Below, one piece after another: positions 47,936-56,200 of a DNA stretch of 64,000 nt. A program made the position numbers and the translations under genes. The stretch comes from a bacterium (GTDB lineage Bacteria; Zhuqueibacterota; Zhuqueibacteria; Residuimicrobiales; Krinioviventaceae): assembly GCA_963693055.1 (NCBI GenBank), contig OY843751.1:5248001-5312000 (forward strand), in the 5' to 3' direction. Under the pieces are notes generated by a model. It saw only the letters and a list, made by a program, of their open reading frames with translations. It did not search any database and was not told the origin of the DNA. Numbering within the stretch: the stretch's first letter is position 1; the number at the start of each line of letters is the position of its first letter.

Positions 47936-47966
47936 GATCGTGACGGAGATGATCTCCGTCACGATC
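47936..47966. repeat. 31-bp palindrome, copy 2
   Basis: GATCGTGACGGAGAT-g-ATCTCCGTCACGATC, perfect 15-1-15. Confidence 0.9.
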
Positions 47967-48024
47967 ATATCTTTTCGCATTTATATACGGTTTACTTTAA
48001 AGACTGTAACCATGAGTAATAAAC

Positions 48025-49074
48025 TCATTTCACCTTTTTAATGGTCCCTTCTACCTTGCCGCCCACTGCAAAGGTTACCTCATCCCCGGATTCACTAAAC
48101 TCGAGTTCAACTTGGACAAATTTTGAAAAGAATTTTGTTTCACTCTCTGCGCAAACCGGACGAAAATCCTGATTTCTTACAGCCACCCACAATACATCAT
48201 TTTCCAGTTTGACTTTGAGGGTGTTGGTAGGACTCCAACGATACGCACCGGTATATTTTCTCAATACATCCACAGGTACGGTTATTTCAGCTCGTGGTAA
48301 TTCCTGTCCTGCTGCCGCAGCCGGCAATTCACGTACCCAGATATTGCGGTATCGTACAGGATTCCCATGGTCCTGCAAGGCCAGCGGTAACTTGTCCGGA
48401 TGCCAACTGTAAGGCAGCCGTTCGGTCCAACTTGTGGGTCCCAGAATCTCCACATGGTCCTGCGTCAATACACCGTTATGAAAAACGGTAACAGTACCCG
48501 GTTTCAGCAATTCTTTTTCACAGTTAAATTTTGGTGCATGAAAAATAATATCATAGGTCTGCCATTCACCCGGTTTCAGACATGCGTTCACCTGCGGAGG
48601 ATACTCACCATAAATCGCGGAACACTGTCCATCTGAATATGTGGGGTTCTCATAGTTGTCCAAAACCTGAACTTCATATTTGCCCATCAGAAAAACGCCA
48701 CTATTTCCGCGCGCCTGGCTCTTCCCTTCTGCAGCAGTAGGTGTAGAAAATTCCACATGCAGTTGGCAGTCGCCAAAATTACGCAGGGTACGAATATAGC
48801 CGCTGCCCTTTACGCATTCCATGTTGCCGTCTTTGACGATCCATTTTGCCGGACCTCCATCCAGGCTCCGCCATTGTGACAGGTCTTTACCATCAAACAG
48901 CACAACCGCATCTGAAGGAACATTGCCAGGCTTGGCCTGACTGCTGAACGTTCCGGGAGTGATAATTGCCGGATTGGGTCGGGAAATATCATGAATTTTC
49001 CAATGATCAGCAGAAAAAACAAAATCGCTTCCCAAAACCAAAAAAACAAGAATAGCTAGATTTAATCGTTTCAT
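48025..49074 (-). CDS. DUF1080 (3-keto-disaccharide hydrolase-like) protein with a DUF3471-like C-terminal domain
   Basis: LFDGKDL..W, GNSGVF, YEVQVLD, GEWQTYDI, LQDHGNPVRYRNIW; tail L.KYTG.Y; ATG 49074 after GAGGA. Confidence 0.88.
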   Translation of the reverse strand: MKRLNLAILVFLVLGSDFVFSADHWKIHDISRPNPAIITPGTFSSQAKPGNVPSDAVVLFDGKDLSQWRSLDGGPAKWIVKDGNMECVKGSGYIRTLRNFGDCQLHVEFSTPTAAEGKSQARGNSGVFLMGKYEVQVLDNYENPTYSDGQCSAIYGEYPPQVNACLKPGEWQTYDIIFHAPKFNCEKELLKPGTVTVFHNGVLTQDHVEILGPTSWTERLPYSWHPDKLPLALQDHGNPVRYRNIWVRELPAAAAGQELPRAEITVPVDVLRKYTGAYRWSPTNTLKVKLENDVLWVAVRNQDFRPVCAESETKFFSKFVQVELEFSESGDEVTFAVGGKVEGTIKKVK

Positions 49075-49178
49075 AACAATCCTCTCTATAAAAAAACCGG
49101 TTGTCATTGTTAAAAATTAACAATGTTCAACCGGCAACATTCTTGAGCTCAATTCACTAGCAATGAACCTTTTTACGC

Positions 49179-49874
49179 TTAATCATCAATATCAGTATTA
49201 ACAACTGCCGGGAATTCGGTAAGGGGACCCAAATCAATCAGTCTGATATTTTTCCATTTAACCTGAGTTCCTTCTTTATCTTTATTGGTACCAATACCAT
49301 GTACCTGCAATGCTATAAAACCATTCGGGGTCATATCGTCAACCAGATTTGCACAAGGAACACCATTCAACCAGGTACGGATAGAGCTGCCAATAGCTTC
49401 AATGTGAACATGGTTCCAATCGTTATGCTTGAACGCATTACGTCCCGCTTCATTAAAACGCAAGTCATACAACCAACCTCTACGGGCTTCATCGTAAATA
49501 CCGCAAGACCATGCACGATCAGAAGGATCAATCTCTACCTGGTAACCATGAACGCGTCCGTTTCTATAATCCTTGTTGCTCAAACTACGGATCTGTACAC
49601 CTGAATTCAATTTTTCATCTACAATATAATCGTATTCTAAAATAAAATTGCTATAGTTATTTTTTGTGCACAAAAAGCTATTATCTGTATTCATCACACT
49701 GGTACCCACAATCATACCGTCTTGAATTTCATATTTGGCTTCGCCACCACGTTGCACCCATCCCTCAAGGTCTTTGCCGTTAAACAGCATTTCCCATTCG
49801 GCGTTTAGGCGGTTGCCGGCAGCAACCATTGCAACAATACTCAGTACTGCAACAACAATTATAGTTTTTTTCAT
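49179..49874 (-). CDS. DUF1080 (3-keto-disaccharide hydrolase-like) protein
   Basis: [37 protein letters not shown]; ATG 49874 after GGAGG. Confidence 0.9.
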   Translation of the reverse strand: MKKTIIVVAVLSIVAMVAAGNRLNAEWEMLFNGKDLEGWVQRGGEAKYEIQDGMIVGTSVMNTDNSFLCTKNNYSNFILEYDYIVDEKLNSGVQIRSLSNKDYRNGRVHGYQVEIDPSDRAWSCGIYDEARRGWLYDLRFNEAGRNAFKHNDWNHVHIEAIGSSIRTWLNGVPCANLVDDMTPNGFIALQVHGIGTNKDKEGTQVKWKNIRLIDLGPLTEFPAVVNTDIDD

Positions 49875-49895
49875 AATTTCCTCCATTGTATTATA

Positions 49896-51008
49896 TTATA
49901 TATATTGTGTCAAATAGTGATTTCCAAGTTCAAGCAATTTCTCTTTATTCAGTTCTGCGTTACTCACATTTTCCAAATAGCGCGAAAACTCTACCGGTAA
50001 AGAATCAATATGAGAATCCTGCAATCGTTTTTCATTATTTGCAGTAACGCGTTGAACCGATTTTTGCAGATAAAAGGTATTCTTGAAAATGGTGTCTATT
50101 TCCTTACTATCCAATTTTAAAAATGTATGCTCGTCAATATTTTCCAGAACAAGGCTAAGCATAGCATCATCCATGTCCGTAGAATTCATGCCTTCAAGAT
50201 GTTTATAGATCTCTGCCGCACTCATGTCCCGGCAATCTACTGGCCTGGGTTTATACATGGCCCGTGAAACAATCTCATTATACTCACGTGTCTTTTCATC
50301 GAGTCGCACCAGGAGATAACCGCAGGTGTTACCTGCTTCATTAAAGCTGGTACGCTCAGTTGACCCGCAATAACTGACCGTATCATTGATATCCAGATGC
50401 TTATGATAATGCCCCAGCGCTACATAATCAAATTCTATATTTAACGCTTGCGCCACATCGGGAATACGTTGTTCGTTAAACTCGCCCATGCTGTAATCCA
50501 GTTTTCCTGTCCAGGCCCCATGACTCAAAAACACATTGTATTTAGCATCGTCTGTTTCCACAGCCTCAAATGCCGCTTCCAACTCTTCTGACAAGGAACA
50601 ATGCGGAACACAATGAAAATCACACTCTCCAATACGAAAGCGCTTATATTCACTGGTATACGCGGCATATACATGAGGGAACAAGGCAATAGATTCAAAT
50701 ATAGAACCGGTTGATTTGATCCTGGGGGTCTCATGGTTTCCGGAAATGATCACAAGGGGTATACCGGCATCGCTGATACGTTGAATACCCTCCAACGCAA
50801 TGCGGATCGCCCGGTTACTGGGACGTGGCGTATGAAACAGATCTCCTGTATGCAACACAACATCCGGATGGATCTGCAAAATATTTTCAATCACCTGCTC
50901 CCAAGCATTGTATACATCCTGTTCACGTTGGTTTAACCCCGTAACAGGATCAATTTTATGATATTCAGAATAGCCGAGATGGGTGTCTGAAAAATGCAAT
51001 AGATACAT
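49896..51008 (-). CDS. sbcD: SbcD/Mre11-family DNA repair nuclease
   Basis: SDTHLG, GDLFH, GNHE, DYVALGHYH, YCGSTER.SF.E. Confidence 0.85.
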   Translation of the reverse strand: MYLLHFSDTHLGYSEYHKIDPVTGLNQREQDVYNAWEQVIENILQIHPDVVLHTGDLFHTPRPSNRAIRIALEGIQRISDAGIPLVIISGNHETPRIKSTGSIFESIALFPHVYAAYTSEYKRFRIGECDFHCVPHCSLSEELEAAFEAVETDDAKYNVFLSHGAWTGKLDYSMGEFNEQRIPDVAQALNIEFDYVALGHYHKHLDINDTVSYCGSTERTSFNEAGNTCGYLLVRLDEKTREYNEIVSRAMYKPRPVDCRDMSAAEIYKHLEGMNSTDMDDAMLSLVLENIDEHTFLKLDSKEIDTIFKNTFYLQKSVQRVTANNEKRLQDSHIDSLPVEFSRYLENVSNAELNKEKLLELGNHYLTQYI

Positions 51009-51034
51009 GAATTGTCCAAAATAATCAATGATAG

Positions 51035-51063
51035 AATATAACAAGATTCGGGCTTTTTGTCAA
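51035..51063 (-). promoter_or_regulatory. sigma70 promoter of sbcD
   Basis: Minus strand TTGACA-17 bp-TATATT. Confidence 0.65.
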
Positions 51064-51218
51064 GCAGGTTAATCCGCATAGAATGGGACACTCGCGCCAC
51101 ATCCCAAAATTCATATGATGCCCCAATGCGTCACATTTTGTGGAGACACAAAACGCAGAAACGTAACAAATACTTATTATTATTGCACTTAAAGAGCATA
51201 AAATTGTTTATAAAATTA

Positions 51219-51233
51219 CGGCACAGTCTTTGT
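51219..51233 (+). promoter_or_regulatory. Putative sigma54 promoter of the candidate sRNA
   Basis: CGGCACAGTCTTTGT (-12 GT variant, same variant as at 25752). Confidence 0.5.
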
Positions 51234-51244
51234 ATAAACACAAG

Positions 51245-51418
51245 TAGAGTTACAAGGCAAATAGCAAACAACAGTTTACAATATAGGGAGGTTAGACAAC
51301 AACCTGATGATCATGTGATAATCGCCATTCTGTTATGGAATACGAAAAACAATTATCACAACACTAATCTCTCCTCAATGGCCGCAGTAGTCTTTTTTAC
51401 TGCGGCCATTATTTTTTT
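51245..51418 (+). ncRNA. Candidate structured small RNA of about 175 nt, family unassigned
   Basis: Promoter motif upstream, nested stems 51285-51295/51364-51375 and 51314-51322/51352-51360, a strong terminator, and no credible ORF. Confidence 0.55.
51377..51418 (+). terminator. Intrinsic terminator
   Basis: AATGGCCGCAGTA/TACTGCGGCCATT 13-bp stem plus ATTTTTTT. Confidence 0.88.
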
Positions 51419-51447
51419 AAACCTCTTATTTATCTCATTCTTGTTTA

Positions 51448-51476
51448 TTGACTTTTAAATCCGTCTGATATATATT
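51448..51476 (+). promoter_or_regulatory. sigma70 promoter of the methyltransferase gene
   Basis: TTGACT-17 bp-TATATT ending 6 nt before the ATG. Confidence 0.6.
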
Positions 51477-51482
51477 AAAATT

Positions 51483-52304
51483 ATGAACAATAATAATTCC
51501 ATTCTAAAAAATCAGGAATACATCCGTTTGCTAGAGTCGAGTATTCCGTTAAAAAAAGATATAACACGAAAAGCCATTGCAGATCTACATCTTGCAGCAG
51601 GCAGCCATATTCTTGATGCCGGTTGCGGTATTGGGCATCAAGCTGTTACACTTGCCAATGCAGTTCCGGATGGCAAAGTAACGGCAATGGATATCAATGA
51701 TGTTTTTCTGCAATACGCCCAACAGCATATCGTCCCCAAAGATATGGATCGTATCACCTTTCAACAAGGTGATATATATAACCTCGAATTTACTGAACAT
51801 ACCTTTGATTGTATTTTCAGCATGGATTGCCTGGGCTATTCTGAACAAGATCCTGTATCTCTTTATAAAAAATTTTTCAAGATATGTAAATCCGGTGCAA
51901 CAATAGCCCTTTTGTTCTGGGCATCACAAACCCTGTTACCCGGATTCCCACTGTTAGAAGCACAATTGAATGCCACACCGGATGGCATTGCACCGTTTAC
52001 AGACAACATGGCCCCCGAATCTCACTTTATGAACACCCGGGCCAGCTTAAAAAAAGCCGGCTTCACATCAATTCAAATATATACATACACGCAACAAATT
52101 GCAGCCCCCTTGCCACCAGAAATGCGTACAGCTATGCTGGATTTGTTTGAAATGCGTTGGGGGAACTCTCAAAAACATATATCAAAAGAGACCTGGAACA
52201 CATTTATCAAGCTCACCAGAGACCAATCGCCCGATTGTATATTAAACCAACCGGACTATAATGCATTTTATACATATGTCATGTTTACTGGAAATATAAA
52301 TTGA
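51483..52304 (+). CDS. Class I SAM-dependent methyltransferase
   Basis: ILDAGCGIG, VTAMDI, GDI..L.F....FD. Confidence 0.9.
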   Translation: MNNNNSILKNQEYIRLLESSIPLKKDITRKAIADLHLAAGSHILDAGCGIGHQAVTLANAVPDGKVTAMDINDVFLQYAQQHIVPKDMDRITFQQGDIYNLEFTEHTFDCIFSMDCLGYSEQDPVSLYKKFFKICKSGATIALLFWASQTLLPGFPLLEAQLNATPDGIAPFTDNMAPESHFMNTRASLKKAGFTSIQIYTYTQQIAAPLPPEMRTAMLDLFEMRWGNSQKHISKETWNTFIKLTRDQSPDCILNQPDYNAFYTYVMFTGNIN

Positions 52305-52314
52305 AAGGATATTT

Positions 52315-53025
52315 ATGAGAATCAGATTGTTTCTAGTTGTTTTATTTGTCTCAATAATTTTTACCATGTCTTGCGAAACTCCCGCAGAACCACCCAATAT
52401 TTTAATTGTAACCGGTGGTCATGGATTTGAAAAGGAACCCTTTTTTAAAATGTTTGACGAGTTGGATGTAACCTGGAAGCATGTTGTGCAACCACGCGGC
52501 AATGAACTCATTGAAGCCGATTCGTTAGACGCGTACGATGCATTGGTATTTTATGACATGTATGACGAGATTACTCCCGATCAGAAAAAAGCCTGGTTAG
52601 CTGCGCTTGACAATGGTAAAGGTATTGTCTTTATGCACCACTCGCTGGCCAATTTTCAAAACTGGGCCGAATTTGAAAATATAATGGGTGGTAAATATGT
52701 AAAAAATACGGATTCTGTTAAAGATCTTTCAACATACAAACACGATGTAGAGGTCTCCGTACACGTAGTTGATCCCACTCATCCGGTAACAAAAGGGATG
52801 AGCGATTTTGAACTGTTTGATGAAGTATATGGAAATTTCAGAGTTAATGCGGATGTAACACCCCTGTTAACAACCAATCATCCGGAAAGCAGTAAAACCA
52901 TAGCATGGACTCACAAGGTAGGTAATTCCAAAATTGTTTACCTGCAACCGGGTCATGACCATCACTCATATGAAGACACAAACTTTAGAAAACTGGTTAT
53001 ACAAGCCATTGATTATGTAAAATAA
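52315..53025 (+). CDS. ThuA-domain (class I glutamine amidotransferase-like) lipoprotein
   Basis: TMSC lipobox; TGGH, G.G.V..HH, HPVT.G, DE.Y, W....G...V.LQPGHD. Confidence 0.85.
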   Translation: MRIRLFLVVLFVSIIFTMSCETPAEPPNILIVTGGHGFEKEPFFKMFDELDVTWKHVVQPRGNELIEADSLDAYDALVFYDMYDEITPDQKKAWLAALDNGKGIVFMHHSLANFQNWAEFENIMGGKYVKNTDSVKDLSTYKHDVEVSVHVVDPTHPVTKGMSDFELFDEVYGNFRVNADVTPLLTTNHPESSKTIAWTHKVGNSKIVYLQPGHDHHSYEDTNFRKLVIQAIDYVK

Positions 53026-53069
53026 ATAAAGCCCGTCCTTCTGACAACTAGCGGATGGACGGGCTTTAT
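53026..53069. terminator. Bidirectional terminator-like hairpin
   Basis: ATAAAGCCCGTCC/GGACGGGCTTTAT between convergent genes. Confidence 0.75.
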
Positions 53070-53090
53070 AAAAACCTTTTAACGGAATTA

Positions 53091-54071
53091 TTATTCAACG
53101 CCCCTGATTTTTTCCATAAATTGAGCACGCAGGTATTGCTGGGGTGATTCTGTCTTAGCAAAGCTCAGTTTACCCTTAAAATCACTTATAGATTCAAATC
53201 CTTTATCCAGCATCCATGCCTGAACTTCTTTGAGCATTTTATCAATCTCATTCACACCATTTTCATACAATACAGAAGCAAGTTGAACCGTAGATGCGCC
53301 GGCAAGTAGTAATTTAATAACATCTTTGGCAGTTTTAACACCACCCGTTGCAGAAACATCACATCCCACATTTCCGGATACCAAAGCTGTCCACCTGAGT
53401 GTTCGATGAATTTCATACTGACTGCTAAAATCAAAAGTAGTTTTTAACTCCAGTTTGTCAATATCAATATCCGGTTCAGTAAAACGATTAAACAATACAA
53501 TCGCATCCGCTCCCAAAGCATCTAATTTTGAAACCAAATTGGGTAATGCAGAAAAATAGGGGCCAATTTTCAATGCGACAGGAATGTTTATTTTTTCTTT
53601 AACAATTTTAACAATATTATAATACATCTCTTCAATGTCCTGACTGCTTTCCTTAGGATCAACAGCACTTTTAAAGACATTCAGCTCAAGGGCATCTGCA
53701 CCGGCTTCCTGAATTTGCATTGCAAAGTTGGGCCACCATTTATCAGACACACAGTTGATACTGGCAATAACCGGTATAGACACGGTGCTTTTTGCCTGAT
53801 CAATCAGTTCACAGTAATCACGGGGTCCATATTGCATATTCAGTTCGGCTCTCAAATAATCCATAGCTTCGGCATGCATGGTTGCGGAATCGCTTAATCC
53901 AAGATCCTGTTGGGCCAGTACCTCTTCAAACATACTCTTTAACACAACCGCACCTGCTCCTGCAGATTCAGCGTTTTTAATTTTATCAACCGACTTTGTG
54001 AGTCCACTACTGGATACCAGAATCGGATTTTTCAGCGATAGGTTCATGTATTGTGTAGACAATGCTGGCAT
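53091..54071 (-). CDS. Dihydroorotate dehydrogenase-like flavoprotein
   Basis: LKNPI..SSS, GAVVLKS.FEE, PVIASIN, ALELN, LFNRF.EPDID, TGGV. Confidence 0.85.
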   Translation of the reverse strand: MPALSTQYMNLSLKNPILVSSSGLTKSVDKIKNAESAGAGAVVLKSMFEEVLAQQDLGLSDSATMHAEAMDYLRAELNMQYGPRDYCELIDQAKSTVSIPVIASINCVSDKWWPNFAMQIQEAGADALELNVFKSAVDPKESSQDIEEMYYNIVKIVKEKINIPVALKIGPYFSALPNLVSKLDALGADAIVLFNRFTEPDIDIDKLELKTTFDFSSQYEIHRTLRWTALVSGNVGCDVSATGGVKTAKDVIKLLLAGASTVQLASVLYENGVNEIDKMLKEVQAWMLDKGFESISDFKGKLSFAKTESPQQYLRAQFMEKIRGVE

Positions 54072-54233
54072 AGTATTACCCTTTCATGACTAAACGTTTT
54101 GGTACAGATTCACACACATAAATATTAAAATTTTATCTGTCAAATGCAACCACGAAAAATGAAATGTAAAAAATTATTAAAAATGTAATTTGCTGAAACC
54201 TCTTGAAATTTTTAAAGTACAAACATAAAATAC

Positions 54234-54262
54234 TTGATTGTAAGGTATATCCTTTATACATT
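54234..54262 (+). promoter_or_regulatory. Putative sigma70 promoter
   Basis: TTGATT-17 bp-TACATT. Confidence 0.45.
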
Positions 54263-54296
54263 AATAGACTAGTAGAACTAACTGTTTGAGATTGAC

Positions 54297-54908
54297 GTGC
54301 CAGAAAATAAAGATATAGTTATTACACCAGAGAAAAAAGAGAAATTCGAAGAAATTGCTTTCGATTTTATGGATTCTTTGTACAGCACGGCACTGCGACT
54401 GACACGTAACACAGAAGAAGCTGAAGACCTGGTACAAGACACATATTTACGGGCGTTCCGGTTTTTTGACAAATTCCAGGAAGGTACCAACTTTAAAGCC
54501 TGGATCTTTAAAATAATGACCAATACCTTTATCAATAAATACCGTAAAAAGGTCAGAACCCCTCAACAGGTTCAGCTTGACAAAGTTGCATTTGGCCTGG
54601 AAAATGAAGATGAAAAAGAAGAAAAAGTAGAACAGATCGAATGGTCCGGATTTGACGAAGAGCGCTATGAAGAGCTCTTTGATGATGATATAAAAAGCGC
54701 TTTATCACAATTATCTGAAGAATTTAGAATTGTTGTACTGTTGGCAGATATTGAAGGCTTTTCTTATAAAGAAATCGCTGAAATCATCGACCGTCCAAAC
54801 GGTACAGTTATGTCAAGATTGTTTCGCGGCAGACGTATGCTGCAAAAAATTCTTGACAAATACGCAAAACGCGAAGGGTACATCCGCAGCGATTCCAGCA
54901 GAAATTAA
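54297..54908 (+). CDS. ECF sigma factor (SigH/SigR-like)
   Basis: LYSTALRLTRN...AEDLVQDTY.RA...F..GTNFKAW...I.TNTFIN.YRK; ADIEGFSYKEIA...GTVMSRL.RGR. Confidence 0.92.
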   Translation: MPENKDIVITPEKKEKFEEIAFDFMDSLYSTALRLTRNTEEAEDLVQDTYLRAFRFFDKFQEGTNFKAWIFKIMTNTFINKYRKKVRTPQQVQLDKVAFGLENEDEKEEKVEQIEWSGFDEERYEELFDDDIKSALSQLSEEFRIVVLLADIEGFSYKEIAEIIDRPNGTVMSRLFRGRRMLQKILDKYAKREGYIRSDSSRN

Positions 54909-54964
54909 TTTTTTACATTTTTTGTAATATAAACCAAACTAGCATTTAACAAAAGGAGTTCAAA

Positions 54965-55354
54965 ATGGGGTTTGATAAAGTATTTCAGTCTGCTGACTGG
55001 AAAACAGAAAAACACAGTCCCGTTGTAGAAATTGTTGGTAGCGCAGCCAAGGGTGAAACCATCACCGTTAATGCAAGTGTTGGCAAAGAAATCGCTCATC
55101 CCAACACTACCGAGCACCATATTTCCTGGATCCAGTTATTCTTTTTACCTGAAGGCGAAAAATTTGCCATCGAACTGGGTAAATTTGATTTTGTTGCCCA
55201 TGGTGCATCCGCACAGGGTCCCAATACCAGCACAATTCTTACTGATCCCAATGTAACCGTAAAATTTAAAACTGAAAAATCGGGCAAGATCCTTGCTTCA
55301 TCCTACTGCAACATTCATGGTTTGTGGGAAAGCGAACTTGAAGTAAATGTATAA
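54965..55354 (+). CDS. Superoxide reductase (1Fe, neelaredoxin type)
   Basis: EKH.P, HP....H.I.WI and YCNIHGLW iron ligands. Confidence 0.92.
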   Translation: MGFDKVFQSADWKTEKHSPVVEIVGSAAKGETITVNASVGKEIAHPNTTEHHISWIQLFFLPEGEKFAIELGKFDFVAHGASAQGPNTSTILTDPNVTVKFKTEKSGKILASSYCNIHGLWESELEVNV

Positions 55355-55376
55355 TTCCTTAAAATTGTAAACAATC

Positions 55377-55424
55377 AAGACCGGATCCACACCAGGCTTA
55401 GCCTGGCAGATCCGGTCTTTTTTT
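55377..55424 (+). terminator. Intrinsic terminator
   Basis: AAGACCGGATC...GATCCGGTCTT with an inner CCAGGC/GCCTGG stem plus T tract. Confidence 0.8.
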
Positions 55425-55443
55425 ATATAACAAAAAGATTCTG

Positions 55444-56181
55444 ATGGATTTTTATAATGAAATTGCCGGATTTTATGACCAAATGACCCGGTTCGATTCA
55501 CGCGTGAATAAAGAAAAAAACCTATTCTCCTCTTTTCTACAACACTATCCCATAAAAACAGCAATTGATCTTTCCTGCGGCTCGGGATTACATACAATCG
55601 TTCTGAATCAGCTTGGTGTTACAACAACAGGTATTGATATTTCCAGTGAAATGCTGGAACTGGCGCGCCAAAATGCTTCCCAATATGGCATACATGCTGA
55701 CTTTATCTCTCAATCCATGGAAGAATTAAATGTCTCACAACCTGCAGACGCATTATTGTGTCTGGGAAATTCTATTCCTCATCTACAAAATGAATCAGCA
55801 CTAAAGAACGTATTAAAAAGGGCGAAAGACTCTATCCATTCCGGAGGCTGGATTGTTTTACAAATTTTAAATTATAGCAAAATATTGGAAAAGCAGGAAC
55901 GCATTGTAGCCATTCATGAAACAGAAAACAAAACGTTTATACGTTTTTACGATTTTTTAGAATCATGTCTGCAATTCAACATTCTAATGATCGAAAAAAC
56001 AGAAAACAGTTTAACACACACATTAAACAATACACAATTACAACCCTTTACCCACCATACGCTGATTAAAAATCTGGATCAAACCGGTTTTACAAATATA
56101 AAATTATTCGGAAATTTAGAGTTTTCATCGTTTGATCCCTCAACATCTGCCAACCTGGTAATACTAGCGAATCGCCCCTGA
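55444..56181 (+). CDS. Class I SAM-dependent methyltransferase
   Basis: IDLSCGSG, GIDISSEML, CLGNSIPHL. Confidence 0.88.
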   Translation: MDFYNEIAGFYDQMTRFDSRVNKEKNLFSSFLQHYPIKTAIDLSCGSGLHTIVLNQLGVTTTGIDISSEMLELARQNASQYGIHADFISQSMEELNVSQPADALLCLGNSIPHLQNESALKNVLKRAKDSIHSGGWIVLQILNYSKILEKQERIVAIHETENKTFIRFYDFLESCLQFNILMIEKTENSLTHTLNNTQLQPFTHHTLIKNLDQTGFTNIKLFGNLEFSSFDPSTSANLVILANRP

Positions 56182-56200
56182 TTTTTTTACAATAGAATTT

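Noticed and set aside
27064-47966. CRISPR array
   Set aside because: The repeats are dispersed or heptameric, not regularly spaced with unique spacers, and there are no cas genes.
49098-49134. Inverted repeat CCGGTTG...CAACCGG between the DUF1080 genes as an ncRNA
   Set aside because: Adequately explained as an intercistronic terminator or stability hairpin.
51057-51458. 133-aa ORF over the candidate sRNA
   Set aside because: TTG start without an RBS, runs through a strong terminator, and has no recognisable protein features.
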